A stretch of 64,000 bases of DNA from Eledone cirrhosa (GCA_964016885.1 OZ024740.1:121706001-121770000), one strand, 5' to 3'. Shown: positions 1-12,198, numbered from the stretch's first letter. A program made the numbers and translations. Notes: generated by a model not told the origin, from the letters alone.

Positions 1-219
1 TTTGGTTTGATAATTATAAAAAGTTTAAACTTTGGGCTCAAAGCCCCAATATTTTTGAGTGTCCTTTTCAGAAATCAATGTATGTGCACTTATATATAGT
101 TAACAATAAAAAATTTACCATAAATGGCAATTTTAAATAACTGAAAATAACAAACCTTTGCGGAGCTCACGATGATACGATTTACTACGTAGGTCGCCAA
201 TAATAATAATAATAATAAT

Positions 220-858
220 TAGGGAAGAAAACGCACATAGTGGATATATCGTTATGGAATCGCTCCCTTAAGTTTTTGATTTTTACTTATATAAAACAAC
301 TGTGATAGAATAATTCTCATTACAAATGAAGTATAAGTTTACAGTTTAACGCTCAGCAAGCCACAACGCATCACATTACGGCATAGGGCCCCAATATTTA
401 TTATTTAATTTTGGATCAGAAATGTTATAGTCAAAAAAGAGAAAAATTGTAAAATGGCTAAGTGGACAGACAGACAAATAATTTCACGACCAACACCACC
501 ACTGCCATCAACACGACTACCACGCCAAAAACTCTAGTCAGATTACCTCAACTTCTATTTCTAGTTCAACTTCAACACCATCAAAACAGTACTACGATCA
601 CATCACCAACACCACTGCCTCATTATCGTTACCGCCGCTATTCTGTCCAAACTACCTCCAGCTAAGACAGGCATCGTAGTACCCCACTAAAAGAGGAAGG
701 CATCAAAAGATATAAATAGACTGATTTGATGACCCGGTCAAACAATCGGAAAAACAAACATCAAAATCAAAACAGCACAGCAGCAACGAAAAACGTAAAG
801 AAAATAAAAAATAAAAGAAAAACAAACAGACACACAGAGAAGGAAAAAAAAACTAAGT
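220..858 (+). repeat. Unclassified repeat, copy A, starting in (TAA)n
   Basis: Shares blocks with 3625-4460 (agggaagaa.acgcac; aatcgctccc.taagtttttgattttta; aatttcac..caacacca; caaaagatataaataga). Begins right after the (TAA)n at 199-219. Confidence 0.6.
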
Positions 859-3621
859 CATGTGACAGACATGCTGATAGAAATAATCAAGCAAAAAGTG
901 TCGGCCAAAGCTACTCGTATAAGGCGCTTTGAAAAACGATCTAGATTCTATAAGGACAATTATAATGTTCAAAAACAACCAAAGAAACTTCTACAGAAAA
1001 ATTGGTAAGTCAACAATAACTGCTAAATCAATACCACCCAAGGAGGAAGTGCAAGAATTCTGGGAAAAGATTTGGGCCGAAGAAAAAGTTCATAACATAC
1101 ATGCCCCATGGATAGACAGACAAATGAAAGATACAGCTCACCTTGAGGAACAAATATGGGAAAATATAACAGTTGAACAGTTGCGCTTGGCTCTAAGAAA
1201 AAACAGCAAATGGAAATCCCCAGGAAAAGACAAAATACAAAACTTTTGGATAAATGCCTTCACAGAGTCTCATGAGCTGTTAGCCCAACTTTACAATGAA
1301 ATAGTTAAGGAGCCAGAAAAGATACCATCATGGCTAGTTAACGGCATTACATTCCTGCTTCCGAAGAATGATGAGACAAACAATCCCAAAAATTACAGAC
1401 CGATAACTTGCTTGACCACAATGTATAACATTTTAACATCAGTCCTAACTGAATACACATATGACCACCTGATAACAAATGACCTATTTCCCATTAAGCA
1501 GAAAGGGTGTAAACGAGGCTCATATGGCTGTAAGGATCAGCTTCTGGTTAACAAAATGATACTGGAAAATTGTCATAATAGACACAAAGATCTATCGATT
1601 GCTTGCATAGATTATAAAAAAGCATTCGATAGTTTGCCACACAGTTGGATTGAAAAATGTTTAGAGATTTTCAAAATATCTCCCGTTGTCAGGAGGTTTT
1701 TGTCATTCAGTATGAAGACATGGAAAACGACACTCCTTTTGAATAGTGAAACAAAATCACTGGAAGCTGGAGAAGTTAATATTAATTGTGGAATTTTTCA
1801 GGGTGACTCTTTATCACCGCTTTTATTCTGCATCGCACTTATACCATTAAGTAAAATGCTCAATGAAACAAAACATGGATATAAAGTCCATGACAAAACC
1901 ATTAATCACCTGTTCTACATGGATGACCTGAAACTATTTGCAAAAAATGATGAACAATTGCAAGGGCTATTATCCACTGTGGAGCAGTTCAGTGATGACA
2001 TTAAAATGGAGTTTGGACTAGATAAAAGCGCCAAAGCAACGTTCACCAGAGGAAAGCTGCTGAAGAGTTCAGACATTAATCTTGATCGGGGGAACGTTAT
2101 AAGAGAACTTGATCACGAAAAAACTTACAAATATCTAGGTGTTTGTGAAGGAGACGGAATCAAGCACTCGACAATGAGGGAAAGGATAAGAAAGGAATGT
2201 TACCGCAGAGTAAGAGCAATCTTAAGAACGGAATTGAATGCAAGGAATAGGATCGATGCCATAAACACGCTTGCCATACCAGTAGTAACTTACAGTTACA
2301 ATGTCATCAACTGGTCAAGCACAGAGATCCGTAGGCTCGATACAAAAATTCGAAAATTCTTAACCATGCACAGAATGCATCACCCTAAGGTAGATATAAA
2401 TAGAATATATCTCCCTAGGAAAGAAGGAGGACGTGGGTTAGTCCAGTTAGACATTGCGTTGAAAACTGCAACAATTGGATTATATACATATCTAAGGGGA
2501 TCACATGATTGGATGATCAAACTCGTTTTGAAACACGAAAGCATCAAAAGATCATATTCCATTACAAAAGATGCACAAAGATACAGTAATGGGCTACAAA
2601 TGTCAGAAGTCCCATTTACTGCTGAAATGGAAAACACAGAAAAAGCAAAGCAGGTAAAAGTAACTGCAAAGAAACTGGCTAAGAAATGGCAAGAAAAGCC
2701 TCTGTATGGAAAATATCCAGAGCGAGCTAACAATCCTGATGTTGACAAAACTTTAACCCATCAGTGGTTGGCATCCTCTGGACTGAAATCGGAGATTGAA
2801 GGACTGATTATATCAGCACAAGATCAGTGTCTGCCAACAAAAAATTACCAATCCAACATAATAAAAAATGGATTCAGCCCATTATGCCGTGAATGCAAAA
2901 AACAACCAGAGACCATTGACCATATCATTTCAATGTGCAGTCCTATAGCTCCAACCGAATACCTAAACAGGCATGACAGAGCTGCACAATATATACATTG
3001 GATAATGTGTAAGCATTTTGACGTGACCCATCAAAATAATTGGTGGGAGCATCAACCACCTCCCATACTTGAAAAATATCACATCTCAATCTTGTGGAAA
3101 TTTAGCATACAAACAGACCGAAAAATAGATGCAAATAGACCTGATATAATATTGAAGGGCTTTAAAAAGAGGGTATGCCTGCTAATCGATATGTCTGTTC
3201 CAATAGACAAGAATGTATCTATAAAAACATTTGAAAAATTGAGCAAGTATAAGGACCTGGAGATAGAAATTGGAAAAATGTGGAAATTTAGAACTAAAAC
3301 AATACCAGTGGTTGTAGGCGCCCTGGAAATGATACCTAAGGGGTCTAATGATTACTTATCGCAAATCCCAGGAAACCCGCGTATAGGAGAAATACAAAAG
3401 ATAGTACTAATTGGAACTGCCCATATACTAAGTAAGATTCTGTCAATATAAGTACATCACAAGTCTAAACACTAAAGATGCATGTGTGAGTATGTATGTT
3501 CTTTCTTGAACATGGCGGACCTTGTTTTCTCTTGAGGTCACTGGTTGTGACTTGGTGATAACTCGTATGAACATAAAGCAAGATAAATGCGACTTAATAA
3601 TAATAATACTAATAATAATAA
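859..3621 (+). mobile_element. R4/Dong-clade non-LTR retrotransposon, 5'-truncated copy 1
   Basis: Near-identical to 5817-8040. RT-CCHC-RLE ORF, 3' stem-loop aggtcac-tggtt-gtgactt (3535-3553), (TAA)n tail at about 3597-3621. Confidence 0.93.
929..3451 (+). CDS. R4/Dong polyprotein, N-terminally truncated: reverse transcriptase, CCHC knuckle, restriction-like endonuclease
   Basis: Motifs KSPGKD, NYRPITCL, DYKKAFDS, GIFQGDSLSPLLF, YMDD, YKYLG; CRECKKQPETIDHIISMC; RHD; RPDIIL..IDMSVP..KLSKYKDL. Confidence 0.9.
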   Translation: MKNDLDSIRTIIMFKNNQRNFYRKIGKSTITAKSIPPKEEVQEFWEKIWAEEKVHNIHAPWIDRQMKDTAHLEEQIWENITVEQLRLALRKNSKWKSPGKDKIQNFWINAFTESHELLAQLYNEIVKEPEKIPSWLVNGITFLLPKNDETNNPKNYRPITCLTTMYNILTSVLTEYTYDHLITNDLFPIKQKGCKRGSYGCKDQLLVNKMILENCHNRHKDLSIACIDYKKAFDSLPHSWIEKCLEIFKISPVVRRFLSFSMKTWKTTLLLNSETKSLEAGEVNINCGIFQGDSLSPLLFCIALIPLSKMLNETKHGYKVHDKTINHLFYMDDLKLFAKNDEQLQGLLSTVEQFSDDIKMEFGLDKSAKATFTRGKLLKSSDINLDRGNVIRELDHEKTYKYLGVCEGDGIKHSTMRERIRKECYRRVRAILRTELNARNRIDAINTLAIPVVTYSYNVINWSSTEIRRLDTKIRKFLTMHRMHHPKVDINRIYLPRKEGGRGLVQLDIALKTATIGLYTYLRGSHDWMIKLVLKHESIKRSYSITKDAQRYSNGLQMSEVPFTAEMENTEKAKQVKVTAKKLAKKWQEKPLYGKYPERANNPDVDKTLTHQWLASSGLKSEIEGLIISAQDQCLPTKNYQSNIIKNGFSPLCRECKKQPETIDHIISMCSPIAPTEYLNRHDRAAQYIHWIMCKHFDVTHQNNWWEHQPPPILEKYHISILWKFSIQTDRKIDANRPDIILKGFKKRVCLLIDMSVPIDKNVSIKTFEKLSKYKDLEIEIGKMWKFRTKTIPVVVGALEMIPKGSNDYLSQIPGNPRIGEIQKIVLIGTAHILSKILSI

Positions 3622-3624
3622 GAT

Positions 3625-4460
3625 AAGGGAAGAACACGCACGAGGTGGTAGAAGGTCATGAAATCGCTCCCGTAAGTTTTTGATTTTTAAGATATTTAAA
3701 TCAATTGTGAAATAACAATTCTTAGTACAAATGTTGCATAAACCACCGAATGAAGTCCCATACAATTTCGGATCCATATTATATTGTTATATCGCTCAAA
3801 TATTCAATTTTGTATTATGTATTTTGTATTCAAAAAAAGAAAATGGTTATAAATAGAAGAAAACACCCTCTGTCTACACTACATAGAACAGCCAAATAAC
3901 AGCAATTTCACCAACACCAGAAACTTGATACACCACCTATCCCATCACACTAAATATAACAGCCAGATAACGGCAAATTCACCACCATTACCATCAATCC
4001 CGGCATGATAATAATAATTACTATTATTAGTGTCTCAAATTTTAACAAAATGTTTAATTCCAATTTTACGGGAATATGTCAACACAATATATATTAAACA
4101 TACGAACACAAACTCATAGATACTACATATGACAAAACCCAGTAACCACAACGCCACCGCCGCCACCACCCCATCCTTCATCTTGCTACCATTATCCCAT
4201 CGCCGCCGCCACCACTCCTTCATTGCTACCACCACTATTCCCCTGTTAACTTGAGAGAGAAAGGGGAAGGTGGCGGTATCACTAGACGAGGGAGAGGCTA
4301 GCAAAAGATATAAATAGATGGACTTAGTGACCTGGCCACCGGCCAAACGTCAACATCAACAACTATGGGACTGCTGGCTCACCCCTTCCTCACCAACAAT
4401 ATAAAAAGCCCCGGCACCACCTCCGACATAGCCAACAACAATAACAGGCAACTACAGCAA
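3625..4460 (+). repeat. Unclassified repeat, copy B, diverged homolog of 220-858
   Basis: Same conserved blocks in the same order as copy A. Starts in the (TAA)n tail of Dong copy 1. Confidence 0.6.
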
Positions 4461-4477
4461 AAGTATATTATATTATT

Positions 4478-4531
4478 GTAATGCACTGGGTGATTGCTGG
4501 CCTTGTGCCTGGAGTGGAGACAATTATTAAT
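4478..4531 (+). mobile_element. 3' fragment of the abundant tRNA/Meta-type SINE
   Basis: gtaatgcactgggtgattgctggccttgtgcc...acaattatta matches the 3' end of the SINE copies at 50345-50530 and 29886-30265. Confidence 0.7.
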
Positions 4532-4534
4532 AAT

Positions 4535-7500
4535 TTCATTCTTAAGCAACGCAATGCTCACATTAAGGAACTACTCATGATTATAACAATTTAAAAAACA
4601 ACAACAAAAAGAAAACCCCGTGACCAAGAAATAACGGGATGGCGGCTGGCGGGGAATAGCCGTGTCTCTAGGGGAGAACGACCCCTCTAGTCTTGGTTGA
4701 CACTCGTTCTAGAAGTGGTAACAAGAAATGATTACCCCTTGGCGGATAAGGATAAAACGCGACAAAATAAAGTAAATGTCTAATGATAAAATCTCATACC
4801 GGATCGGCCGTCACCCGGGTAAAAAAGGGCCGCGTCCCTCAGAGAGGAACCAGACTGGGGTCGAAAAATCAGCTAATGGTTCAATCCTTCCCATCACTTC
4901 GGAGCTGGAGACCTCCCATAACCGGAATACTCCTACTGTTGCCCCTCCATGCTCACCACCAAGAAATCCAAAGAAAAAGAGAGAAAAATAGTCAAGGGAA
5001 GATAATAAAGAAGTCCTTGAGGCTTTCTACACTGCCATGTACTACCCATCAAATACATCGAATACAAACAAACATATATCAACTGGAAAAAGAAACATCC
5101 CGAAAACAGAGGCTATATTGACAGTAACAAACTAGCCAATATACGAAGAAATATTGTAAGAAAAAAGTTACTAACTGATATAGAAATTGATCAGATCAAG
5201 CTAGTAGCACAAAGTCAGCGAAGGGAAGATGAAGCATGTGTCAGTGAAAACGAGGTAAACTGTAACACTTCGAATCCCAGGGTTTGGGCGGAATCACTGG
5301 CAACAGAACATATTAAAGAAAGGAGCGAAAAAGAGGAGGGAGTGCATGCTCAGGATGAAACTCCAAATGAAAATAATGAGATCGTAAATGATAAAGAAAT
5401 GAATGAGAATGAACTTGCCAACTTGAAGGATGAAATTATGATCGAATGGATGAAAATGAAAGAATCTGACATGGGGCAACGGCACACCCTCCCTAAGATC
5501 CAGAACTCCAAACAGAACTAAAAGATAATACACAAGACTAACATAATTCTCAAAAACATTATCATCACAAACAAACTAAACATTACTGACTTAAATCATC
5601 TCTATTATGCATCGGCTAAAGTCACCACTCACTTATGTGGAGTGAAGATGAAAAAACAAAGGAATTCCCACAAGAAATCTACTTGGCAAGATAACATCAA
5701 TCGCCAAATAAACCTTCTCCGATCTGACATAGAAATGTTAACAAACTATAAAGTAGGTGAACATGTTAAACAAACTAAACTTAGAAAATTGAAAAAAAAG
5801 TACAGTATAAGATCAACATGTGACATAGACATGCTGATAGAAATAATCAAGCAAAAAGTGTCGGCCAAAGCTGCTCGTATAAGGCGCTTTGAAAAACGAT
5901 CTAGATTCTATAAGGACAATAAGATGTTCAAAAACAACCAAAGAAACTTCTACAGAAAAATTGGTAAGTCAACAATAACTGCTAAATCAATACCACCCAA
6001 GGAGGAAGTGCAAGAATTCTGGGAAAAGATCTGGGCCGAAGAAAAAGTTCATAACATACATGCCCCATGGATAGACAGACAAATGAAAGATACAGCTCAC
6101 CTTGAAGAACAAACATGGGAAAATATAACAGTTGAACAGTTGCGCTTGGCTCTAAGAAAAACCAGCAAATGGAAATCCCCAGGAAAAGACAAAATACAAA
6201 ACTTTTGGATAAATGCCTTCACAGAGTCTCATGAGCTGTTAGCCCAACTTTACAATGAAATAGTTAAGGGGCCAGAAAAGATACCATCATGGCTAGTTAA
6301 CGGCATTACATTCCTGCTACCGAAGAATGATGAGACAAACAATCCCAAAAATTACAGACCGATAACCTGCTTGACCACAATGTATAACATTTTAACATCA
6401 GTCCTAACTGAATACACATATGACCACCTGATGACAAATGACCTATTTCTCATTGAGCAGAAGGGTGTAAACGAGGCTCATATGGCTGTAAGGATCAGCT
6501 TCTGGTTAACAAAATGATACTGGAAGATTGTCATAATAGACATAAAAATCTATCGATTGCTTTGATAGACTATAAAAAAGCATTCGATAGTTTGCCACAC
6601 AGTTGGATTGAAAAATGTTTAGAGATTTTCAAAATATCCCCCGTTGTCAGGAGGTTTTTGTCATTCAGTATGAAGACATGGAGAACGAGATTCCTTTTGA
6701 ATAGTGAGACAAAATCACTGGAAGCTGGAGAAGTTAATATTAATTGTGGAATTTTTCAGGGTGACTCTTTATCACCGCTTTTATTCTGCATCGCGCTTAT
6801 ACCATTAAGTAAATTGCTCAATGAAACAAAACATGGATATAGAGTCTATGACAAAACCATTAATCACCTGTTCTACATGGATGACCTGAAACTATTTGCA
6901 AAAAATGATGAACAATTGCAAGGGCTATTATCCACTGTGAAGCAGTTTAGTGATGACATTAAAATGGTGTTTGGACTGGATAAATGCGCCAAAGCAACGT
7001 TCACCAGAGGAAAGCTGCTGAAGAGTTCAGACATTAATCTTGATCGGGGGAACGTGATAAGAGAGCTTGATCAAGAAAAAAACTTACAAATATCTAGGTG
7101 TTTGTGAAGGAGACGGAATCAATCACTCGACAATGAGGGAAAGGATAAGGAAGGAATGTTACCGCAGAGTCAGAGCAATCTTAAGAACGGAATTGAATGC
7201 AAGGAATATGATCGAATCCATAAACACGCTTGCCATACCAGTAGTAACCTACAGTTACAATGTCATCAACTGGTCAAGCACAGAGATCCGTAGGCTCGAT
7301 ACAAAAGTTCGAAAATTCTTAACCATGCACAGAATGCATCACCCTAAGGCAGACATAGACAGAATATATCTCCCTAGGAAAGAAGGAGGATGTGGGTTAA
7401 CCCAGTTAGATATTGCGTTGAAAACTGCAACAATTGGATTATCCACATATCTAAGGGAATCACATGATTGGATGATCAAACTCGTTTTGAAACACGAAAG

Positions 7501-8042
7501 CACCAAAAGATCATATTCCATTACAAAAGATGCAGTAATGGACTACAAATTTCAGAAGTCCCATTTACTGTTGAAATGGAAAACACAGAAAAAGCAAAGC
7601 AGGTAAAAGTAACTGCAAAGAAAGAACTGCTACAGAAACTGGCTAAGAAATGGAAAGAAAAGCATCTGTATGGAAAATACCCAGAGCGAGCTAACAATCC
7701 TGATGTTGACAAAACTTTAACCCACCAGTGGTTGGGATCCTCTGGACTGAAATCGGAGACTGAAGGACTGATTATATCAGCACAAGAACAGTGTCTGCCA
7801 ACAAAAAATTACCAAGCCAACATAATAAAAAATGGATGCAGCCCATTATGCCGTGTATGTAAAAAAAAAACAGAGACCATTGACCATATAATTTCAACGT
7901 ACAGTCCTATAGCTCCAACCGAATACCTAAACAGGCATGACATGGCGGACCTTGTTGTCTCTTGAGGTCACTGGTTGTGACTTGGTGATAACTCGTATGA
8001 ACATAAAGCAAGATAAATGCAAATAATAATAATAATAATAAT
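4535..8042 (+). mobile_element. R4/Dong retrotransposon copy 2: 5' UTR and N-terminus present, frameshifted, endonuclease deleted
   Basis: Structured 5' UTR; ATG at 4776; Myb-like (W>stop)SREDNKEVLEAFY; RT split over ORFs 5642-6517, 6514-7107, 7067-7606 and 7468-7965; 534-bp deletion relative to copy 1 at 7940-7942; same 3' hairpin and (TAA)n tail. Confidence 0.92.
4776..7965 (+). pseudogene. Disrupted Dong ORF
   Basis: In-frame stops (4989, about 5520) and several frameshifts; peptides nearly identical to the 929-3451 protein. Confidence 0.88.
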
Positions 8043-8229
8043 ACTTTCTTTATTAACAAAAAGGGTTTACACAAAGTAAGACATTATGGACAATACAGGA
8101 CAGTATAAATGGGTATTTCTGCCTGTAATAAAAACAGGTTGTAACAAAAAAAGAAACAATGAAAAGTTCCCCATTAGAGGGTAGAATTCCGAGGGATGTT
8201 CGTAAGATAGCCCATTAAGAAAGCTACGG

Positions 8230-10050
8230 TGACCCTAACCACCAGGGCAAGTGCCCTCTCCCAGTTTTCCACCTTCAATTTACAGGCACATACTCAGAGT
8301 AGGCCCAATCACACGGGCCATTCTTGCCTCTCTCACCTATCTTTCAATAAAATGCTGGGAAGAGAGCATCTCCCACTCTACCCTGATTTTCCTCATCAAA
8401 TGAAATTTGAAAAAAGTTAATCAGGGCATCACCAAAGAGGTAAGTGCTCGTCTTCAGCCCTTTCAAACGCGTCCACCTTACTATCTCTTTCGCCCGGCCA
8501 CCAGACAGGTAAAAGCTGACTGCCCTTCTCGGCTAAAGGAGGAGGGCCGGCCAATCCTCACGATGGATTCAGCTCATAGCCGGATCGGTTCTACACGCGA
8601 CAGCATCTGTTCGACATAAACCCACAAGTCAGCAATAATCGGACACTGGACGAGTGCGTGCAGGACGGTTTCGTCGCCCTGCGCGCCTCTCGGACATGCC
8701 TCACTGACGGCACTTCCATACCTGTAGATTTTATCCCGAACTGGCAAAGCTTCTCGGTAGTACTGCTAGGCCAGGGATTTCTGGAAGTTGTCCATAGGCC
8801 CCGGCCCGAAAGTTCTCTTGAAGAAAGGGAACAGCTGATCGTCTTCGATTCCCATGGTCTCTCCGAGAACGTCGTCGCTCTTCACCTCCACTAACCCTCT
8901 ATAGAACGCCGAGGTGGATACCACCAATATCAGTGCCCAGCTTGTAGGGGGCGGTGAGGGCTTGGTGTCATTCCAATTTCCATGTGCTATCCCTCGGTGT
9001 CTTCCTCATCCAGGACTGCAGCTCCGTCAAGGAGACGAGTTGGATAAAAGCGTGTCTGGCAAACGGCGACGACACCTGTTCACCGTCAAGGAAGCACTAA
9101 ATATGTCGCAGTCTCAGCGCATATTTGCGCATCATCAGCCACGGCATGCCCAATCCCCCACGCAACGGGTACTGACAGCAGATGGATCGTCTGACCATGT
9201 TAGCACGTCCCCCCATGAAAAACGGGAATTTCCTGGTTTATCTTTGCTCCTGTCACCGCTTCGAATTCTTTGAGAGCGGGCCGAACATCTGGAGGTGTTT
9301 GGTACTTGACAGCACTACGGTGAAACCGCATTCCATTTCAAGTGGGACGCCCAGTATCGTCTACAACGTGTGCAGTAACGATCAGTGCAAGAGGGACGAG
9401 AGGGGACAACCTTGGCGGACAGAGCGCATGGTACTGAATGGCTGCGATAGGCGACCATTCACCCTCACAAACGAGCAGATGTCGCTGTGCATCGCAGAGA
9501 TCCAGCCCCTAAAAATGGGCTCGAAGCCGGCCGGCTCGAGGACCGTGGCCAGGTGCCGATGGTCGACCCTATCAAATGCTTTCGATTGATCCAAGTTGAT
9601 CAGGGTACCACCCGTGCCAGGTTCTTTAACCAGCCTCTCTATGATGTATCGCATGAGATGGAGGTTGTCGTGGACGGATCTGTCCGGAATGGCTCACGTC
9701 TGCGCCTCTCCCACCGAGCACCGACGACAAGCACCAATCTCTTTGCTTACACCTTGGCCAACATCTTAAACTTTGCGTTTAGCAGTCAATGGCCTGAAGT
9801 TGTCCATAACGTCCCCTTGTTCGGGTCTTTTCTCAGCGGCGCCATCGCTCACTGGCTCACAAAACTGGGAATGCTCCCGTTCTGCTCCCAGTTCCAGTAG
9901 ACATCTGCCAAGAGGTCGCCGAACAAGTCTGCCATGTACGCATAAGACTCGTAGGTCAGACCATCTAAACCTGGCGATTTACCCCTCGTGCAGTCAGACA
10001 TCCTTCCCGTATTTCACCTGCTGTTATCGGCTTTTCTCTGCATAGCGCTG
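8230..10050 (-). pseudogene. Tx1-like ORF2 remnant (RT and C-terminal zinc motif; APE endonuclease and YADD region missing)
   Basis: RT motifs in 9382-10040; the frame jumps after QGCPLS; no endonuclease-sized segment lies between ORF1 and KSPG. Confidence 0.75.
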
Positions 10051-10469
10051 CGGTTGTTGTTTATAGTCTTCCAGTTTAATTTCGACAATTGTAATGTTTT
10101 GGGGTAATGTTCTTGGTGTTGGTGAGATGTGGTAATTTAAGTCTCAAATATCGGTGTGATGTTTTGTATGTTCCATTAATCCTTTATGTGCAAAGTTTAT
10201 GGCTGTGTCCTTTTTTCGTGTGGGCGACGGGGGGTGGGGTGTGTGTGTGTGTATGTGATGTTGTGTGTGTGTGCATTGTGTTTGCGATGTTGCTGTTTGT
10301 TTTGATGCTGGTGGTGGTGTTTGTTGTTGGTGGTGATGCTTGTGGTGGTGGTGTTGCTGCAAGTCTCCTTGAAACCTTTACTTCGCTTTCTTTGCTTTCG
10401 CTATTGGAGAGAGAAGCTGTGGTTTTTTTGCCTTTGTTTGTTTTTTGTGGACAGCCGTTTTCCACTCCT

Positions 10470-11690
10470 CAGTCACCTCATACTCCATATCCGACTGTGA
10501 GAGGACGGGGAGGGTATGAGTTCTACCCTTTCTTTGTTCTTTGTTGTTGGTATTGGTGGTGGTGGTGGTGGTGGTGGAGCCTGGTCTGCGGTTCTTGGCA
10601 CAAGTGCAGCTAGTGCAATTGTTTCTGTTGCAGCAGCTCCCGCCGCAGTATTTATTGTCGGTGACTTTGGTTTGGGTGCCACGGACATTGTCTTCCTACT
10701 CTCTGTAGAAGCTCCCGACATTTTCGCTGACTGCTCTGTTTCTGATGGCAGTGGTTCCGGCGTTAGGAGGAGGGGTTCCTTCCCCGTTATTATTTTCTGT
10801 GGGTAGAAGGCCCTGAGGTGAGACTTCAATCCACATTTGAAACACATTGGGCACCTTCCTTCCACAGATATGGGAAGTTGGGAGCCATTCCCGAGGTCTA
10901 TTACGTCAGCAATAGCGCTGATGCAGTCCTGGTCGGTTTGGATGAGTATCTCCTTTCCAATACCGGATCAGTCCTCTCTCCCCACCTTTTGTACTTGCAG
11001 AATGGTTGGTCTATCCTCGATGCCCGCAAGAACTGACACGCACGACCAGCCAAGGTACGGTTCCGCAGGGTGGAATATGGGTTACCTTGTTCTTTGCAAT
11101 GTTTTCACGCAGAAAAACGGGACTAACTTTATGTCATCACTTCGTAGGTTCATCAGTGAGTGCGAATTTACTTCCTGGGTGGTAGCAAAAAGGACGTCCA
11201 CGGTAGCATATTTCTTGCCTCGGGTGATGTGGGTTTTCCGTGTCTACACAGTTCCCAAGGCATTCTGGATTTGGGCCTCCAAGGCTCTCTCCACACGACC
11301 CCATTTCGTAGTAATCGTGCGGTATGACACTGTGCGTCGCTCTTGTTCCTCCAGGATGTCGGTTGATGGTTTCAAGGACACTGAACATTCAGTTCTGGTT
11401 ACCATGTGTCTTGCGACTGCCATCTTCTCCTCTGAGGCCAGGACTGTTTCTACGTTGCGAGCCACTTTTGCAAAAGAGATGGTCTTGTTGTTTGTGATGT
11501 TGCTGTTGTTGTTGCTATTGCTACAAATGGTGTTGTTGGTGTTGCTGCTGTTATCACTGTTGCAGTTAGTTGTGTCGTTGGTGCCGCCGTTCTTGTTATT
11601 CTCCGTGCAATTTGTATTGTTGCAGTTGGTGTTGTCGTTATTTGTTTTAATGTTAGTGGAGTTAATATTGTTGTTGCATTTGTCATTTTT
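10470..11690 (-). pseudogene. Tx1-like ORF1 (gag-like, zinc knuckle), disrupted
   Basis: Track ORFs 11450-11791, 11244-11465 and 10473-10865: Asn/Thr-rich leader, degenerate Cx2Cx4Hx4C, Pro/Thr-rich tail. Confidence 0.7.
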
Positions 11691-12018
11691 GGCTTACAAA
11701 TATCAAAACAAATTATTCGAAAACATATTACATAATCGTGCTTAATTTTTCGATTTATTTTAACCGGATACGATACTGAATCATAAGTCATCTTATAAAC
11801 TTCGACTCAAATAGAATTCAATGTTAACAGTATTTATTCGAGTAGAATAATTTTTTATTAGTCGTCTCTTCCTCTGTTTCTGAAGAGTCCGCCATGTTTC
11901 GAGAACATCTGTCTTCATGTAAAAATAGGTGGCCCAAAAGGTTCTGGCGGTTCAAAGGAAATCAAAGATAAATACGCTGTTCATGTCATATTGTTTACTC
12001 GGTTATATCATAATAAAC

Positions 12019-12114
<96 letters not shown>

Positions 12115-12146
12115 TCCTCCTCCTCTCCCCTCCTCATCCTCCTCAT

Positions 12147-12198
<52 letters not shown>

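Larger units (their letters stand above)
8043..11915 (-). mobile_element. Tx1/L1-clade non-LTR retrotransposon, degenerate and internally deleted
   Basis: ORF1 remnants with SFAKVA and the knuckle CFKCGLKSHLRAF(Y)P; ORF2 remnants KSPGLDGL, LINLDQSKAFDRVDH, SVRQGCPLS, and C-terminal CPR..GDETVLHALVQCP; AATAAA near 8049-8054 followed by (TAT)n. Confidence 0.85.

Noticed and set aside
8229-11745. Plus-strand ORFs up to 302 aa
   Set aside because: Antisense shadows of the minus-strand Tx1-like element.
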